This document shows, in pieces, positions 63,386 to 64,000 of a stretch of DNA of 64,000 nt. The DNA lies in the NCBI GenBank assembly GCA_951406725.2, contig OX597830.1, forward strand, positions 54,560,001 through 54,624,000, read 5' to 3'. Position numbers and translations under genes: made by a program. The stretch comes from Octopus vulgaris (lineage: Eukaryota). The notes beneath the pieces are model-generated. The model searched no databases, was not told the DNA's origin, and saw only the letters and a list, made by a program, of their open reading frames with translations. The stretch's first letter is position 1, and each line of letters starts with the position of its first letter.

Positions 63386-64000
63386 CACCCTAATGGGAGC
63401 CTTAACTCCCAAATTTTAGTCATTTTTTTATGATCCAAAACTAGGTCAAAAGTACTGAATGGATCTTTATGAAATTTGGAAATTATATTCTAACCATAAG
63501 GGCCATAAATCCCATGACAATTCATATATTTTTGCTGTTGATGAAATTTTAACCATAGATATTAGACACAAATGAAGTAATATTTATAAAATTTCATCTT
63601 CTTACAAAGTTAGAAAGACCCCTCCATGGGGATTTAACACCCACTATTTTGTCATTTTATCTAAGCAAAAGCGAATACAGTTGTGCTCTTGGACGGTGTA
63701 GGGTTACCCGAGCATAAAAGTTGGGCATTATTTCTAATTCAATGGTACAACAGTGCAACAGTTTGCTTTGATATACACTTAGATTGTGATTTCTGCAATT
63801 TGTTGCATAAATTGTCAAGTAAATGAGGGGCATTTTTGTCTTCACTGATTCAGTTGCAAAGTGTTGAGTAAAGTTATTTGATTGCAGACCTCCTTTCAGT
63901 CTTTTTATTATCACTCGGTCACACATAGTCCCCTGATGCTAACATTGATTCCCAGATGAGTGACTGGTTATTCAAAGACATTTATAGATCTTAAATTCAT

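Noticed and set aside
63657-63926. 89-aa minus-strand ORF
   Set aside because: No recognisable motif or splice context; cannot be supported.

Overview
This is repeat-dense animal genomic DNA. The SINE repertoire, abundant (TA)n/(CA)n/(AAT)n microsatellites and intron sizes suggest an Octopus-type cephalopod, which is an inference. The only clearly intact host gene is a plus-strand mitochondrial-type serine hydroxymethyltransferase (SHMT2-like). I traced 11 coding exons from 6156 to the stop at 23725, all with GT-AG introns and consistent phases; the ATG-bearing first exon was not found. The rest is mostly mobile DNA: several tRNA-derived SINE families, decayed CR1 and RTE LINEs, a Penelope-like remnant, mariner and maT relics, piggyBac-, MULE- and 8-bp-TSD MITEs, and non-autonomous Helitrons, including two head-to-tail pairs. 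The most interesting signals are RNA-structural. They include a hammerhead ribozyme with an intact catalytic core at 43523-43608, degenerate hammerheads in short elements beside (TA)n tracts, a cloverleaf-like fold 5' of the RTE, and perfect spacer-less palindromes. There are also orphan exon-like segments at 28.1-30.3 kb. I found no CRISPR array, rRNA or true tRNA gene. Most long ORFs in the supplied track are microsatellite artefacts.
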